DNA of 64,000 nt from Pseudomonadota bacterium (GCA_036339995.1 JAYYZW010000049.1:7927-71926), one strand, 5' to 3'; counted from the stretch's first letter, positions 19,567-31,088 are shown. Numbers and translations: made by a program. The notes: generated by a model not told the origin, from the sequence alone.

Positions 19567-21141
19567 ATGCCAAATTCGGCAAAGGTCACGCGCGCGCTCA
19601 TCAGCGTATCCGACAAGACGGATCTCGAAGAACTGGGACGCGGTTTGAGCCGGCTCGGTATCCACATCCTGTCGACGGGAGGGTCCGCAAAAGCGCTTCG
19701 CAGCGCGGGCGTCGAAGTGACGGAGGTGTCCGAGCACACGGGCTTTCCCGAGATCATGGATGGCCGGGTCAAGACGCTTCACCCCAAAATACACGGCGGC
19801 ATTCTCGCGCGACGGGATGTCGACGAGGGAGTACTGGACGCGCATGGTATCGAATTGATAGACCTCGTTGTCGTTAATCTTTATCCCTTCGAAAAGACGG
19901 TCACGACGCCGGAATTCACCCACGAGGACGCGATCGAAAATATCGATATTGGAGGCCCGACTCTAATCCGCGCTGCCGCAAAAAATCATGCCTTCGTGAC
20001 CGTCGTATGTGATCCGGGCGACTACGCGCCCGTTTTAGGAGAGATCAACTCGGACGGTGCTGTGTCGGCCGAAACGCGCCAGCGGCTCGCGACCAAGGCA
20101 TTTCGACACACCTCCGATTACGACCATGCGATCAACGACTACCTGTCGTCGCATCGGGCGCCCAGGAAAGGGATGTTTTCCGATCGCTTGAGCGTGCGCT
20201 TCGCAAAAAAGCAGATGCTGAGATACGGCGAGAACCCGCATCAGCAAGCGGCGTTTTACGTCGAAAAAGACGCACCCCCCGGAACGCTTGCCGCAGCCGA
20301 GCAACTTCAGGGTAAAGAACTCTCATACAACAACATCGCCGATACGGACGCCGCGCTCGATTGCGTTCGATCGTTTCACGATGCTGCATGCTGTATCGTC
20401 AAGCACGCCAATCCCTGCGGCGTCGCCGAGGCGGCGGACATCGCCCTCGCCTACGAACAGGCGTACAAAACGGATCCAACGTCCGCTTTTGGTGGAATCA
20501 TTGCGTTCAACCGCCCGCTGAATGTCACCGTTGCGCAAGCGATCCTCGAGCGACAGTTCGTCGAAGTGATCGTAGCGCCAGCGATCGAAGACACGGCGCT
20601 TGCCATACTTGCCGCCAAGGAGAACATTCGGGTGCTGGCGGTCGGCGAATGGCCCAGCGAACTTTTGCAACAACTCGAGTACAAGAGGGTCATGGGCGGC
20701 CTTTTAGTACAGGATCGGGACGTTGCTGCGCAGGCGACGGGCACGGGTTCGCTCAAGCCGGTCACGCGCAGAGCACCGTCGGCGGACGAATTGCGCGACC
20801 TCATCTTCGCCTGGCGCGTGGTCGCTTGTGTGAAATCGAACGCCATCGTTTATGCTCGCGCTCGGGCCACGATAGGGATCGGCGCGGGCCAGATGAGCCG
20901 CGTCTACAGCGCCCGCATCGCCGCGATCAAGGCAGCGGACGAACGACTCGAAGTCGCCGGGGCGGTGATGGCATCCGACGCGTTCTTTCCGTTCAGAGAC
21001 GGCATCGATTCCGCCGCCGAGGCGGGCATCCGCGCCGTCGTGCAACCCGGCGGCTCGATGCGCGACGACGAGGTTATCGCGGCCGCCGACGAGCACGACA
21101 TCGCCATGGTATTCACTGGCGAGCGCCACTTCAGGCATTGA
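19567..21141 (+). CDS. purH: Bifunctional AICAR transformylase / IMP cyclohydrolase
   Basis: 524 aa. It has an MGS-like N-terminal domain ([18 protein letters not shown]…) and an AICARFT C-terminal domain. Confidence 0.95.
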   Translation: MPNSAKVTRALISVSDKTDLEELGRGLSRLGIHILSTGGSAKALRSAGVEVTEVSEHTGFPEIMDGRVKTLHPKIHGGILARRDVDEGVLDAHGIELIDLVVVNLYPFEKTVTTPEFTHEDAIENIDIGGPTLIRAAAKNHAFVTVVCDPGDYAPVLGEINSDGAVSAETRQRLATKAFRHTSDYDHAINDYLSSHRAPRKGMFSDRLSVRFAKKQMLRYGENPHQQAAFYVEKDAPPGTLAAAEQLQGKELSYNNIADTDAALDCVRSFHDAACCIVKHANPCGVAEAADIALAYEQAYKTDPTSAFGGIIAFNRPLNVTVAQAILERQFVEVIVAPAIEDTALAILAAKENIRVLAVGEWPSELLQQLEYKRVMGGLLVQDRDVAAQATGTGSLKPVTRRAPSADELRDLIFAWRVVACVKSNAIVYARARATIGIGAGQMSRVYSARIAAIKAADERLEVAGAVMASDAFFPFRDGIDSAAEAGIRAVVQPGGSMRDDEVIAAADEHDIAMVFTGERHFRH

Positions 21142-21216
21142 TGCGCCGTTGAATAATGCTGCTTTTTGACGAGCCGCCGGTTTAGACGCTTCGTGAAATT
21201 CGCGGGTTAGGATGCG

Positions 21217-22503
21217 ATGAAGGTATTGATCATCGGCGGCGGCGGCCGGGAACACGCCCTGGCGTGGAAATGCGCGCAATCGCCGCTCGTCGAAGCCGTG
21301 ATCTGTGCGCCCGGTAACGCCGGCACTGCGCGCGAAGCCAGGGTCGGCAACGTCGATATCGGGGCGGACGATATCGAGCGCCTGACGCGCTTCGCCGCGG
21401 AGGAGTCGATTGGGCTCAGCATCGTCGGTCCCGAAGCACCCCTCGTCGCGGGCATCGTCGATGCCTTTGATGAGGCCGGCCTCAAATGCTTCGGGCCGAT
21501 GCGGGATGCGGCGATCCTCGAAGCTTCCAAGTCCTATACCAAGAATTTTCTAAAACGGCACGGCATCCCGAGCGCCGCCTACGAGAACTTCGACGATTTG
21601 CCGGCCGCACTCGATTATATCGACACCCAAGCGCTACCGGTGGTGATCAAGGCCGACGGCCTGGCGGCGGGTAAAGGGGTCATCATCGCCCGGGATCACG
21701 AACAGGCGCGGGCCGCTGCAAGGTCGATGCTGGCGGAGAAAGCTTTCGGCGCCGCCGGTGCACGCATCGTCGTCGAGGAATTCCTCGAGGGTGAAGAGGC
21801 CAGCTTTATCTGCATGACCGACGGCGCAACGGCGATTCCCTTTGCTTCGTCGCAGGACCACAAAGCCCGCGACGAAGGCGACCGCGGACCCAATACCGGA
21901 GGTATGGGTGCTTACTCGCCCGCGCCGGTCATTGACGAGCGCATGCACGAACGCATTATGCAGACTGTGATCGCACCGACTTTGAAAGGGATGCGAAGCG
22001 ACGGGCGACCCTACTGCGGTTTTCTCTATGCCGGTGTCATGATCGGATCCGACGGCATACCCCGGGTTCTCGAGTTCAACTGCCGATTCGGCGATCCCGA
22101 AACCCAGCCCATTATGATGCGGCTCAAAACGGACCTGGTCGCCGCTTGCCTGGCCGTACTAAATGGAGATGCCGGATCGGTGGCCCTCGAATGGGATCAA
22201 AGGGTGGCGCTTGGCGTGGTCTTGGCTGCCGGAGGGTATCCCGGTACTTATGATAAGGGCGCGGTCATCGACGGCCTCACCGCTGGTGACGAAACCTTGA
22301 CGCGGGTATTTCATGCGGGGACGCGTCTCGATGACGATCGTTGCCTGACCAACGGCGGCCGCGTGCTTTGCGTCGTCGGACTGGGCGAGAAGGTCAGTGA
22401 CGCGCAGGCCGCGGCCTACCGACGCGTCGACACCATCGACTGGCAGGGTATGTTCTACCGGCGCGATATCGGTTACCGCGCCGTCGCTCGTGAAACGCGA
22501 TGA
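21217..22503 (+). CDS. purD: Phosphoribosylamine-glycine ligase
   Basis: 428 aa. The N-terminus is MKVLIIGGGGREHALAWK, followed by an ATP-grasp domain. Confidence 0.95.
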   Translation: MKVLIIGGGGREHALAWKCAQSPLVEAVICAPGNAGTAREARVGNVDIGADDIERLTRFAAEESIGLSIVGPEAPLVAGIVDAFDEAGLKCFGPMRDAAILEASKSYTKNFLKRHGIPSAAYENFDDLPAALDYIDTQALPVVIKADGLAAGKGVIIARDHEQARAAARSMLAEKAFGAAGARIVVEEFLEGEEASFICMTDGATAIPFASSQDHKARDEGDRGPNTGGMGAYSPAPVIDERMHERIMQTVIAPTLKGMRSDGRPYCGFLYAGVMIGSDGIPRVLEFNCRFGDPETQPIMMRLKTDLVAACLAVLNGDAGSVALEWDQRVALGVVLAAGGYPGTYDKGAVIDGLTAGDETLTRVFHAGTRLDDDRCLTNGGRVLCVVGLGEKVSDAQAAAYRRVDTIDWQGMFYRRDIGYRAVARETR

Positions 22504-22525
22504 GGCTCGGGGACGATACGTCCGC

Positions 22526-23176
22526 TTAGACGCCGCCGTTCCAGGCCAAGAAATTTTCCAGCAGCATAAGCCCCGCTGCGGCGCTTTTCTCAGGGTGGAA
22601 TTGCGTCGCGAATACAAACCCGCTCGCGAGCGCAGCGGTGAATGGACGGATGTATTCGGTTGAGCCCAGAGTCAGGGTGCCATCCTTCGGCACGACGTAA
22701 TAGCTATGCACGAAATAGAAACGTGTACCCGTCGCGATGCTTGCCGTGACGGGATGTTCGCGCGCCCATTCGACCTGGTTCCATCCCATGTGCGGCACTT
22801 TGCGGGGGCTACCGTCGGGCGCGGCCGGCGGCCGCTCGGGGAAGCGGACGACCCGGCCTGCGAAAAGCCCGAATCCCTCCGTTCCGCCGTCCTCTTCGCT
22901 GAACGGCATCAGCGATTGCAGCCCGAGGCAGATGCCTAAAAAAGGACGGGTTTGCGCACAATCGCAGACCACTTCGGTCAGATTGCAGGCCGCGAGACGC
23001 TCCATGCAGTCGCCGAGCGCACCCTGACCGGGAAAAACGACGCGCTCGGCCTCGCGAATAACGCGGCTTTCGTCACTGACGATTATCCGGTGACGTTCGC
23101 GCGCCACGAATTCCAGCGCTTTGACGACCGAGCGCAGATTGCTTCCACCATAATCGATGACGGCGACCGTAGACAC
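22526..23176 (-). CDS. hisH: Imidazole glycerol phosphate synthase, glutamine amidotransferase subunit
   Basis: 216 aa. The N-terminus is MSTVAVIDYGGSNLRSVVKALE. The class I GATase catalytic Cys lies in GICLGLQ. Confidence 0.92.
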   Translation of the reverse strand: MSTVAVIDYGGSNLRSVVKALEFVARERHRIIVSDESRVIREAERVVFPGQGALGDCMERLAACNLTEVVCDCAQTRPFLGICLGLQSLMPFSEEDGGTEGFGLFAGRVVRFPERPPAAPDGSPRKVPHMGWNQVEWAREHPVTASIATGTRFYFVHSYYVVPKDGTLTLGSTEYIRPFTAALASGFVFATQFHPEKSAAAGLMLLENFLAWNGGV

Positions 23177-23200
23177 TTTAGTAAACTGGCGACAGGCGTG

Positions 23201-23794
23201 CTAGAGCACGCCCTTGGTCGAAGGCAGTTCGTCTCCCATGCGTGGGTCACGTTCGACGGCCATGCGCAAGGCGCGGCCGAACGCCTTGAACACGGTTTCG
23301 ATGATATGGTGTGCGTTGCGGCCGCGCAGGTTGTCGATATGCAAAGTACACTTGGCGTGGTTTACGAATCCTCGAAAGAATTCCCCGAACAAGTCGACGT
23401 CGAAGTCGCCGATCCGCGCCCGCGGAAAATCGATTTCATAAGTCAAGCCCGGGCGACCGGAGAGGTCGATGACGACACGCGACAGGGCCTCGTCGAGAGG
23501 AACGTAAGCATGACCGTAGCGCCGGATCGCGCGCTTGTCGCCCACGGCTTCGAGCACGGCCTGCCCGAAGCATATGCCGATGTCCTCGACGGTGTGATGG
23601 GCGTCGATTTCGAGGTCGCCTTTTGCATCGATTTTGATGTCGATCACGCCGTGGCGCGCAACCTGATCAAGCATGTGCTCCAGGAACGGCAATCCGGTGT
23701 TAATCTCGGCGTGCCCGGCCCCATCCAGATTCACGGTAAGCGCGATCTGGGTTTCTTTGCTGTCCCGCGTGACGCGGGTGGTACGTTCAGCCAT
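23201..23794 (-). CDS. hisB: Imidazoleglycerol-phosphate dehydratase
   Basis: The translation reads [25 protein letters not shown]…HHTVEDIGI…. The start was chosen at the internal Met by homology; the ORF extends to 23821. Confidence 0.9.
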   Translation of the reverse strand: MAERTTRVTRDSKETQIALTVNLDGAGHAEINTGLPFLEHMLDQVARHGVIDIKIDAKGDLEIDAHHTVEDIGICFGQAVLEAVGDKRAIRRYGHAYVPLDEALSRVVIDLSGRPGLTYEIDFPRARIGDFDVDLFGEFFRGFVNHAKCTLHIDNLRGRNAHHIIETVFKAFGRALRMAVERDPRMGDELPSTKGVL

Positions 23795-23849
23795 ATCGGT
23801 CCGGCCGTGATTCGCGATCAAAGGGCGCGTACATTAACAGTTCGGATAG

Positions 23850-24857
<1,008 letters not shown>

Positions 24858-24926
24858 GACCCGTACCTGCCAGATAGGATATGCTCTGCCCGCCTTTCAA
24901 GCCGTTTCCAACCGAGGAATTGTGCC

Positions 24927-25304
24927 ATGTGGTCTTCAGCCAGTTTGGATCTGCTGAGTCTTTTCACAAACGATACCGAATTAATCGACTACGCACCGGG
25001 CGACAAGATCTTCGAAGAGGACGCACCAGGCGACAAGATGTACGTCGTCATCGAGGGCGAAGTCGCTTTGAGCGTGCGCAATACGCAAATCAGCACGATC
25101 AAGGCGGGCGAGATGTTCGGCGAGATGGCGCTCATCGACACCAACCCGCGCAGCGCGACCGCGACAGCAGTGACGAAGTGTAAGCTTGCCGCCGTAGACG
25201 AGCGACGCTTTACGTTTCTGGTTCAGCAGACGCCGTTTTTTGCGCTATATGTCATGCGCCTCATGACGCAGCGTCTTCGCGCGATTGACGATACGATTAG
25301 CTGA
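24927..25304 (+). CDS. Stand-alone cyclic-nucleotide-binding (cNMP/CAP-like) domain protein
   Basis: 125 aa. The motif …GDKMYVVIEGEVALSV…KAGEMFGEMALID…RSATATAVT… is a cNMP-binding beta-barrel. No HTH follows. The GAGG ribosome-binding site lies 7 nt upstream. Confidence 0.6.
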   Translation: MWSSASLDLLSLFTNDTELIDYAPGDKIFEEDAPGDKMYVVIEGEVALSVRNTQISTIKAGEMFGEMALIDTNPRSATATAVTKCKLAAVDERRFTFLVQQTPFFALYVMRLMTQRLRAIDDTIS

Positions 25305-25638
25305 TGGATTGACGAAAGGCATCGCTTTCGCCGCCTGCAGGGTCTGGCGCTGTAACACGGCGGTTGATCGATTGTATGGTCGATAATGTTTATGCAATTC
25401 GATAATGCGGGTCCATTGCCACTAACAGATTTCTTCCTAGTCGCACTTTCTATGTCTCCGGTTCCAAATTTGGTTGACTCCTAACATTAAGTAACGTGCA
25501 TATTGCACGAAACCCAACCGGCATTCGCCCGTTTGAAACCGAGCAAAGTGCATGATATTACGCCCATCAATTGAGTCAGGGATGATCTGGCAACAGACCT
25601 AAGGTCTTAACCTACCTAAGCGGAACTAACCCGGTGCT

Positions 25639-26739
25639 TTAATCCATGCGCGCGCTCTGGCCGTCATCCATCGCTAAACCGTTGTCAACGAGGACCCTAC
25701 GCAGGCTGCGGATGGCGGGAAATATTTCTCGATTTCGATCGGCGCCCTGTCGATCGAAAGCCGCCTGTTCGAGTTCGCAGATCCAGCGATCCTCGGCGAA
25801 TATTCCATTCGTAAACCAGATGATGAAAGGCCAGAACAATTCGAGGGCCCCCGGAATTCGCGGCCGGCGGATCATCATCAGTCCGAAGGTGTGATTGGCC
25901 CGCTGTGCCTTGTCTGTCGGGATATACGCGTTCCACAGGTCAAGGGCCGGGTGCTCGCTGCCGGCGGTCCAGAATTTGAGGGTCTGATAAGGGTAGTCCG
26001 TGCGTATCGTCATCAGGTCGCGGTCGCCGGGTCCGGCCTCGGGCCGTTTGCCCAACATGAATTTTTCACCCAGCGGCTGTTTACCGCTTGCGCGCATAAA
26101 CGAGTAGTCCGCTTCTATCCAGTTTTCACCTTCGCGAGTCCCTAAAAAAATCGTTTTGATGCCGCCCATTAAGCGCCGGTGCAGGAACTGGTGGTTCATG
26201 TCCATGAGGTTTTCGTGCATGAACGTGTAATGACACTCAAGGCGCCGGTCGAGGTAGCGGGTCTTGTAAGCCGGATCGTCCGCCGAAGGGACCAGGGGAA
26301 ATGCCGTGGACGTCGCGAGTGCGGCTTCGCCGGGAAAGATGAAGACGAGACCGTAGGCTTCGCGTGAGGGGTAGTGGCGGACGCTGTTCGGCTCCATACG
26401 GCAAGTGTCGATGTAGGGAATACTGACGCATTTTCCTTGGGCATCGTATTCCCAGCCGTGATAGCCGCACTTGATCGTGTTGTCCTGGACGGCGCCGACG
26501 TGGAGCGGTATCTGCCGGTGGGCGCAGCGGTTTTCCAGCGCAAACAGTTCTCCCAACTTGGTGCGTACGAGCACGATGGGCTCGCCGGCGAACGTAACGG
26601 CTTGCGTCTTACCTCGCTTGACGTCCCTGCTGCGCGCGACGGGGTACCAGAAATTCGGATCGATAGTGGTCTTGCGGATGTCGCGCGCCTCGGCACGGGC
26701 GTCCGTGCCCTTCAATCGGGCGGTATTATCAAGCGACAT
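25639..26739 (-). CDS. Rieske [2Fe-2S] non-haem iron oxygenase, alpha-subunit-like
   Basis: 366 aa. The Rieske motif is CAHRQIPLH…(17)…CGYHGW. The mononuclear Fe motif is …DMNHQFLH…. Confidence 0.75.
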   Translation of the reverse strand: MSLDNTARLKGTDARAEARDIRKTTIDPNFWYPVARSRDVKRGKTQAVTFAGEPIVLVRTKLGELFALENRCAHRQIPLHVGAVQDNTIKCGYHGWEYDAQGKCVSIPYIDTCRMEPNSVRHYPSREAYGLVFIFPGEAALATSTAFPLVPSADDPAYKTRYLDRRLECHYTFMHENLMDMNHQFLHRRLMGGIKTIFLGTREGENWIEADYSFMRASGKQPLGEKFMLGKRPEAGPGDRDLMTIRTDYPYQTLKFWTAGSEHPALDLWNAYIPTDKAQRANHTFGLMMIRRPRIPGALELFWPFIIWFTNGIFAEDRWICELEQAAFDRQGADRNREIFPAIRSLRRVLVDNGLAMDDGQSARMD

Positions 26740-26807
26740 GTCGCCTCCCAGAAATCAATCGCAAGCGTGCATTCTAAAGCTATTTCTAGAATGGAAACTT
26801 AATCTCG

Positions 26808-26847
26808 CCGGCCCCGGCCCCGGCCCCGGCCCCGGCCCCGGCCCCGG
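26808..26847. repeat. Hexanucleotide microsatellite (CCCCGG)x6, which is (GGGGCC)n on the minus strand, in the promoter region of the Rieske oxygenase gene
   Basis: The tract GCCGGCCCCGGCCCCGGCCCCGGCCCCGGCCCCGGCCGCGG lies 68 nt upstream of the oxygenase start codon. It is translated as PGPGPG only in spurious ORFs. Confidence 0.9.
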
Positions 26848-26946
26848 CCGCGGAAGCCGACGATATTACCGGGCGGCCGGGGCGCGTCGGCAATCGAAAT
26901 ACGACAGGCGCTCGCCAGCCGCCGCCGAAAGCGGACACTGGCGCGC

Positions 26947-27408
26947 CTAAAACAATCCGGCTTCAAGGCCGGCTGCGAGCGCCATTCCGAGTTCACGGCA
27001 GGCTTCGACCTGTGCTGGCTGAAGGTCCCCGACCACAACGATCGGCTCCTGTACTTCACGCCAGCGCAAGCCCATGACGAGTCGCTTGACGCTCGCGAGC
27101 GCGCCGCTGCCGTCGTTGCCGGCCTTGACGAAGAGGACATATGGCAGTCCCTGGGTGTGTTCGAGGCAGGGATAGTAGATATGGTCAAAAAAATATTTGA
27201 GCGCTCCCGACATGTATCCGAAATTCTCGGGGGTTCCGAGAATAATTCCATCAGCCCAAAGGACGTCGTCGACGGACGCGTCCAGCGGAGTCAGGATGCG
27301 CAGTTCAATGCCTTCTATTGCCGGGTCGCTGGCCCCGTCGATCACTGCCGCAGCCATTGCCTCGGTCGATCCGGATTGCGAATGATAGACCATCAGCAAA
27401 TGTTTCAT
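26947..27408 (-). CDS. Flavodoxin-like-fold NAD(P)H-dependent FMN reductase/oxidoreductase
   Basis: The translation MKHLLMVYHSQSGSTEAMAAAV…ILGTPENFGYMSGALKYFFD is a flavodoxin-like FMN-binding signature. It overlaps the dtd stop by 4 nt. Confidence 0.6.
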   Translation of the reverse strand: MKHLLMVYHSQSGSTEAMAAAVIDGASDPAIEGIELRILTPLDASVDDVLWADGIILGTPENFGYMSGALKYFFDHIYYPCLEHTQGLPYVLFVKAGNDGSGALASVKRLVMGLRWREVQEPIVVVGDLQPAQVEACRELGMALAAGLEAGLF

Positions 27409-27902
27409 GTTGGCGATTGTTGAGACACGGCTTTTCGGGCTGCCTCCGTTCGCGGTTTGCTCGGTGGTACCTGCAGCCAAAACGTGACGGGCCCGTCATT
27501 GACCAAGCTGACCTTCATTTCCGCCCCGAAGCGACCGGTCCCCACGCGCGTGTATCCACGGCGTCCTTCTTCAGCAAGCAAGTCGAACAGCCGGCGCCCA
27601 TCTTCGGGCGGAGCGGCGGGAGAAAAGCTGGGCCGCGCACCCTTGCGGGTATCGGCGGCCAGCGTGAATTGCGGCACGAGCAGGAGCCCGCCGTCGATGT
27701 CGCCCAGGCATCGGTTCATCTTGCCTTCGTCATCGGGAAATACGCGGTAGCTCAGAATCCGCTCGATCAGGCGTCCAGCTTCGGCGTCACTGTCGCCGCG
27801 TTCGACGGCGATGAACGCCACGAGGCCGCGTTGTATGCTCGCGATGATCTCGCCCGAGACTGCGACCTGGGCTTTGTCGACGCGCTGTATCAATCCGATC
27901 AC
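27405..27902 (-). CDS. dtd: D-aminoacyl-tRNA deacylase
   Basis: GTG start at 27902 gives (M)IGLIQRVDKAQVAVSGE…SQFTLAAD…LVNDGPVTFWLQV, nearly colinear with E. coli Dtd. Confidence 0.9.
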   Translation of the reverse strand: MIGLIQRVDKAQVAVSGEIIASIQRGLVAFIAVERGDSDAEAGRLIERILSYRVFPDDEGKMNRCLGDIDGGLLLVPQFTLAADTRKGARPSFSPAAPPEDGRRLFDLLAEEGRRGYTRVGTGRFGAEMKVSLVNDGPVTFWLQVPPSKPRTEAARKAVSQQSPT

Positions 27903-27968
27903 GCTAGGAGCCTGTTTGGCATAGGCAATCATAGTGAGGCTGGCGGGAAATCGAGGCCGGCTTTCCGA

Positions 27969-29792
27969 TCATTTCGACGAGCGGCGCAATGAACGGCGTC
28001 GGTCGGCTTCTTTCAGTTCGCGTTTGCGCAGCCGAATTGCCCGGGGCGTCACCTCCACCAGTTCGTCCTCGACGATGAATTCCAGTGCCTGTTCGAGATC
28101 GAAACGCAGCGGCGAGTTTAGGAGAATATTTTCGTCACTGCCGGCGGCGCGGATGTTGGTGAGCTGCTTCGCTTTCATCGGGTTGACCGCGAGATCATTA
28201 TCACGCGAATGGATACCCACGATCATGCCTTCGAATACCTCCTCACCGGGCGCGAGGAGCATGCGCCCGCGTTCTTGCAGATTGAACAGTGCAAAGGCGA
28301 GCGCTTTACCGTCGGTGATGGACACGAGCACGCCATTTTTGCGCGGCGCAATCGCGCCAGGGGCAAGCGGGCGATAGTCTTCGAAGGTGTGATACATGAT
28401 TCCGGTACCCGCGGTAGCGGTGAGGAATTCCGTGCGAAATCCGATGAGTCCTCGGGATGGAATCACGTAGTCGAGCCGTACCCGACCCTTGCCGTCGGGC
28501 ATCATGTGTTCGATGGTGCCGCGGCGCGCGCCGAGTCGTTCCATGACCGTGCCCTGGTAGGATTCCGATAGGTCGACCATCAACTTCTCAAAGGGTTCGG
28601 CCGGGCGTCCGTCGATCTGCTTGACGATGACCTGCGGCCGGCCGACGCAAAACGCGTAGCCTTCCCGGCGCATGTTCTCGATCAGTATCGAAAGGTGCAG
28701 CTCGCCGCGACCGGCCACTTTGATGCACTTGGTATCATCGGTTTCTTCGATTCGCAAGGCGACGTTGTGGACGACCTCACGTTGGAGACGTTCCAGTATC
28801 TGACGGCTGGTTACGAAGCGTCCTTCGCGGCCGGCGAAACGCGAGTCGGAAACCTCGAAGGTCATGGACACGGTGGGTTCGTCGATAGCGAGAGACGGCA
28901 ACGCCTCGGCATTTACCGGATCGCACAGGGTATCGGAAATCCGAAGCTCATCGATGCCGGTGACCGCGACGATGTCGCCAGCCTCGGCTACATCACGCGC
29001 TTCCCGCTTGAGCCCTTGAAATCCGAGGACCTCAAGGACACGGCCGCGGCGGTGACGGCCATGTCCGTCGATAACGGTGACATTCTGGTTGGGCGCGATT
29101 CGACCTCGGTTGATACGGCCGATCCCGATTGCGCCTACATAGCTCGAATAATCGAGTGAGCTGATTTGCATTTGAAACCCACCTTTTGTGTCCACTCTTG
29201 GCGGCGGGACATGTTCGATGATCGTTTCGAACAGTATGCGCATGTCGCGCTCCGCGTCATCGGGGTCGCGCCGCGCATAGCCTTCCGTCGCCGAGCAATA
29301 CACGACGGGGAAATCGAGCTGGGCATCACTCGCACCCAGGCGATCGAACAGTTCGAAGGTCTGGTCCAGCACCCAATGGGGCCTCGCGGCCGCGCGATCA
29401 CACTTGTTTATCACGACCAGCGGATGGAGGCCTCGCGCGAAGGCTTTCTGTGTCACGAACCGCGTTTGCGGCATCGGGCCCTCGACCGCATCGACCAGCA
29501 GAAGAACCGAATCGACCATGGATAGAATGCGCTCGACCTCACCGCCGAAATCCGCATGACCCGGCGTGTCGACGATGTTGATTCGGTGCCCGTCCCACCG
29601 GACAGCCGTATTTTTGGCCAGGATGGTGATCCCGCGCTCGCGCTCGAGCGCGTCGCTGTCCATGACGCGCTCGCTGGTATCGCGGCGCAGGTCGAGTGTT
29701 CCCGACTGTTTCAGCAGCTCATCGACCAGCGTCGTTTTACCATGATCGATGTGAGCGACAATAGCGATATTGCGAAGTTTATTGGGCGGCAT
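27969..29792 (-). CDS. typA: Translational GTPase TypA/BipA
   Basis: The translation reads MPPNKLRNIAIVAHIDHGKTTLVDELLKQSGT… and is about 607 aa from the internal Met. It has an EF-G-like domain architecture. Confidence 0.92.
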   Translation of the reverse strand: MPPNKLRNIAIVAHIDHGKTTLVDELLKQSGTLDLRRDTSERVMDSDALERERGITILAKNTAVRWDGHRINIVDTPGHADFGGEVERILSMVDSVLLLVDAVEGPMPQTRFVTQKAFARGLHPLVVINKCDRAAARPHWVLDQTFELFDRLGASDAQLDFPVVYCSATEGYARRDPDDAERDMRILFETIIEHVPPPRVDTKGGFQMQISSLDYSSYVGAIGIGRINRGRIAPNQNVTVIDGHGRHRRGRVLEVLGFQGLKREARDVAEAGDIVAVTGIDELRISDTLCDPVNAEALPSLAIDEPTVSMTFEVSDSRFAGREGRFVTSRQILERLQREVVHNVALRIEETDDTKCIKVAGRGELHLSILIENMRREGYAFCVGRPQVIVKQIDGRPAEPFEKLMVDLSESYQGTVMERLGARRGTIEHMMPDGKGRVRLDYVIPSRGLIGFRTEFLTATAGTGIMYHTFEDYRPLAPGAIAPRKNGVLVSITDGKALAFALFNLQERGRMLLAPGEEVFEGMIVGIHSRDNDLAVNPMKAKQLTNIRAAGSDENILLNSPLRFDLEQALEFIVEDELVEVTPRAIRLRKRELKEADRRRSLRRSSK

Positions 29793-29923
29793 TTGAGTGG
29801 CGAGGTAAGCGGCGGGGTTACTGGAACTCGTCGGCTCTGAAACGCGGCCTGATTTCAGGCTGCCAAAGGCAGCAAAGCCGTGCATTATACGGCGGCACGG
29901 GTGATGACGATGGTCTTACGACG

Positions 29924-30247
29924 ATGAAGCGGGTATTTACCGACGCCGATCCGGTGCTTTCCGGGTTCGTCGATTCGCTGCTCGAGGCCGCCGGTATTCA
30001 GTGCTTGATTCGCAACCATTATCTCGGTGGCGGCGTCGGCGAACTCCCGGTGAACGAATGTTGGCCGGAAGTGTGGGTGCTCCACGATGAAGACGAGAGC
30101 GCCGCCGGTCGCATCATTCAAAGCGCGCTCAGCAAACGCATCCAGCAGGACGCTCCCTGGGTATGCCCGGGCTGCGACGAGCATCTGGAAGGGCAGTTCA
30201 ATCAGTGCTGGAACTGCGGAACCGTCCGTGCCGACGCCGAGGAATGA
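29924..30247 (+). CDS. DUF2007-like small protein with C-terminal CxxC…CxxC zinc ribbon
   Basis: 107 aa. The C-terminus is …PWVCPGCDEHLEGQFNQCWNCG…. Confidence 0.45.
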   Translation: MKRVFTDADPVLSGFVDSLLEAAGIQCLIRNHYLGGGVGELPVNECWPEVWVLHDEDESAAGRIIQSALSKRIQQDAPWVCPGCDEHLEGQFNQCWNCGTVRADAEE

Positions 30248-30249
30248 AT

Positions 30250-30669
30250 TCAGGTCTGCTCCCAAGGAAGACCGTGATGACGCCATCCGTTGATCGTACC
30301 CCGATGGGCATCGCCGTCCTTATCGCCTTCGAAACCTTCCTCGATGTTGTAGAGGCGCTCGTAGCCCGCGGAGGATAAAGCCTTGGCCGCGGCCAACGAA
30401 CGAACTCCGCTGCGGCAAAGCGCGAGTATCGGACGCGAAGGATCGTCGCCGCCCCGATCTCGCAGGGCCGCCCTGACTTCATTCACGAAGTTCGGATTTT
30501 CTGTCCAGTCGGGATATTCTTTCCACGCGATGTGGACGGCATGAAGTGGATGTCCGACGTAGTCGTACTCGACTTTACTGCGCACGTCCAAAACGATCGC
30601 ATTCGATTCGTCATTAAAAATCTTCCACGCTTCGGGCGGCGTGACGCGACTAATCTTGTCGTCTGCCAT
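30250..30669 (-). CDS. Rhodanese-domain protein (single domain sulfurtransferase)
   Basis: About 139 aa from the internal ATG. The active-site loop is LALCRSGVRSLAAAKAL, which is the rhodanese CRSGxRS motif. Confidence 0.7.
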   Translation of the reverse strand: MADDKISRVTPPEAWKIFNDESNAIVLDVRSKVEYDYVGHPLHAVHIAWKEYPDWTENPNFVNEVRAALRDRGGDDPSRPILALCRSGVRSLAAAKALSSAGYERLYNIEEGFEGDKDGDAHRGTINGWRHHGLPWEQT

Positions 30670-31088
30670 GGCGGCTTCCCCGCTAAATCGATCACTGCCA
30701 TGGAGTATAACCACGTCAACTTCCGAGGCGAACCACCGAGATTGCGATTCTTTATGGGCAACGCTACCCCGGGGATAGATTGCCGCCGTCGATCTCGGTT
30801 CCAACAGCTTTCACATGGTCGTCGCGAAAACGAATGAGGACAGTTTTCACGTCGTCGACCGCATGCGTGGGATGGTGCAGCTGTCAGAATTGCAGCTATT
30901 CAAGCTCCTGATCCCATCGCGCCGTCACAGCCTGCGCGCGCTCCTTGAGCGGCTCGCTTCGATCGATGCAAAGATCTACACTGCTTCGGCTACGACGGCA
31001 GGCTGGGCAGTTCACCCGGGATGTATCGGAAAGGTGCCGTACTTCCGCCCCTTATAAGGCCGAAAGAATTGAGAGTCCGATCACGCCC

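Noticed and set aside
20361-21152. 263-aa Arg-rich ORF inside purH (alternate frame)
   Set aside because: It is a shadow ORF of the high-GC gene; purH is intact and colinear with homologues.
26471-26950. 159-aa ORF containing PGPGPGPGPGPG
   Set aside because: The dipeptide repeat is just the translation of the (CCCCGG)n microsatellite. The flanks lack protein-like composition.
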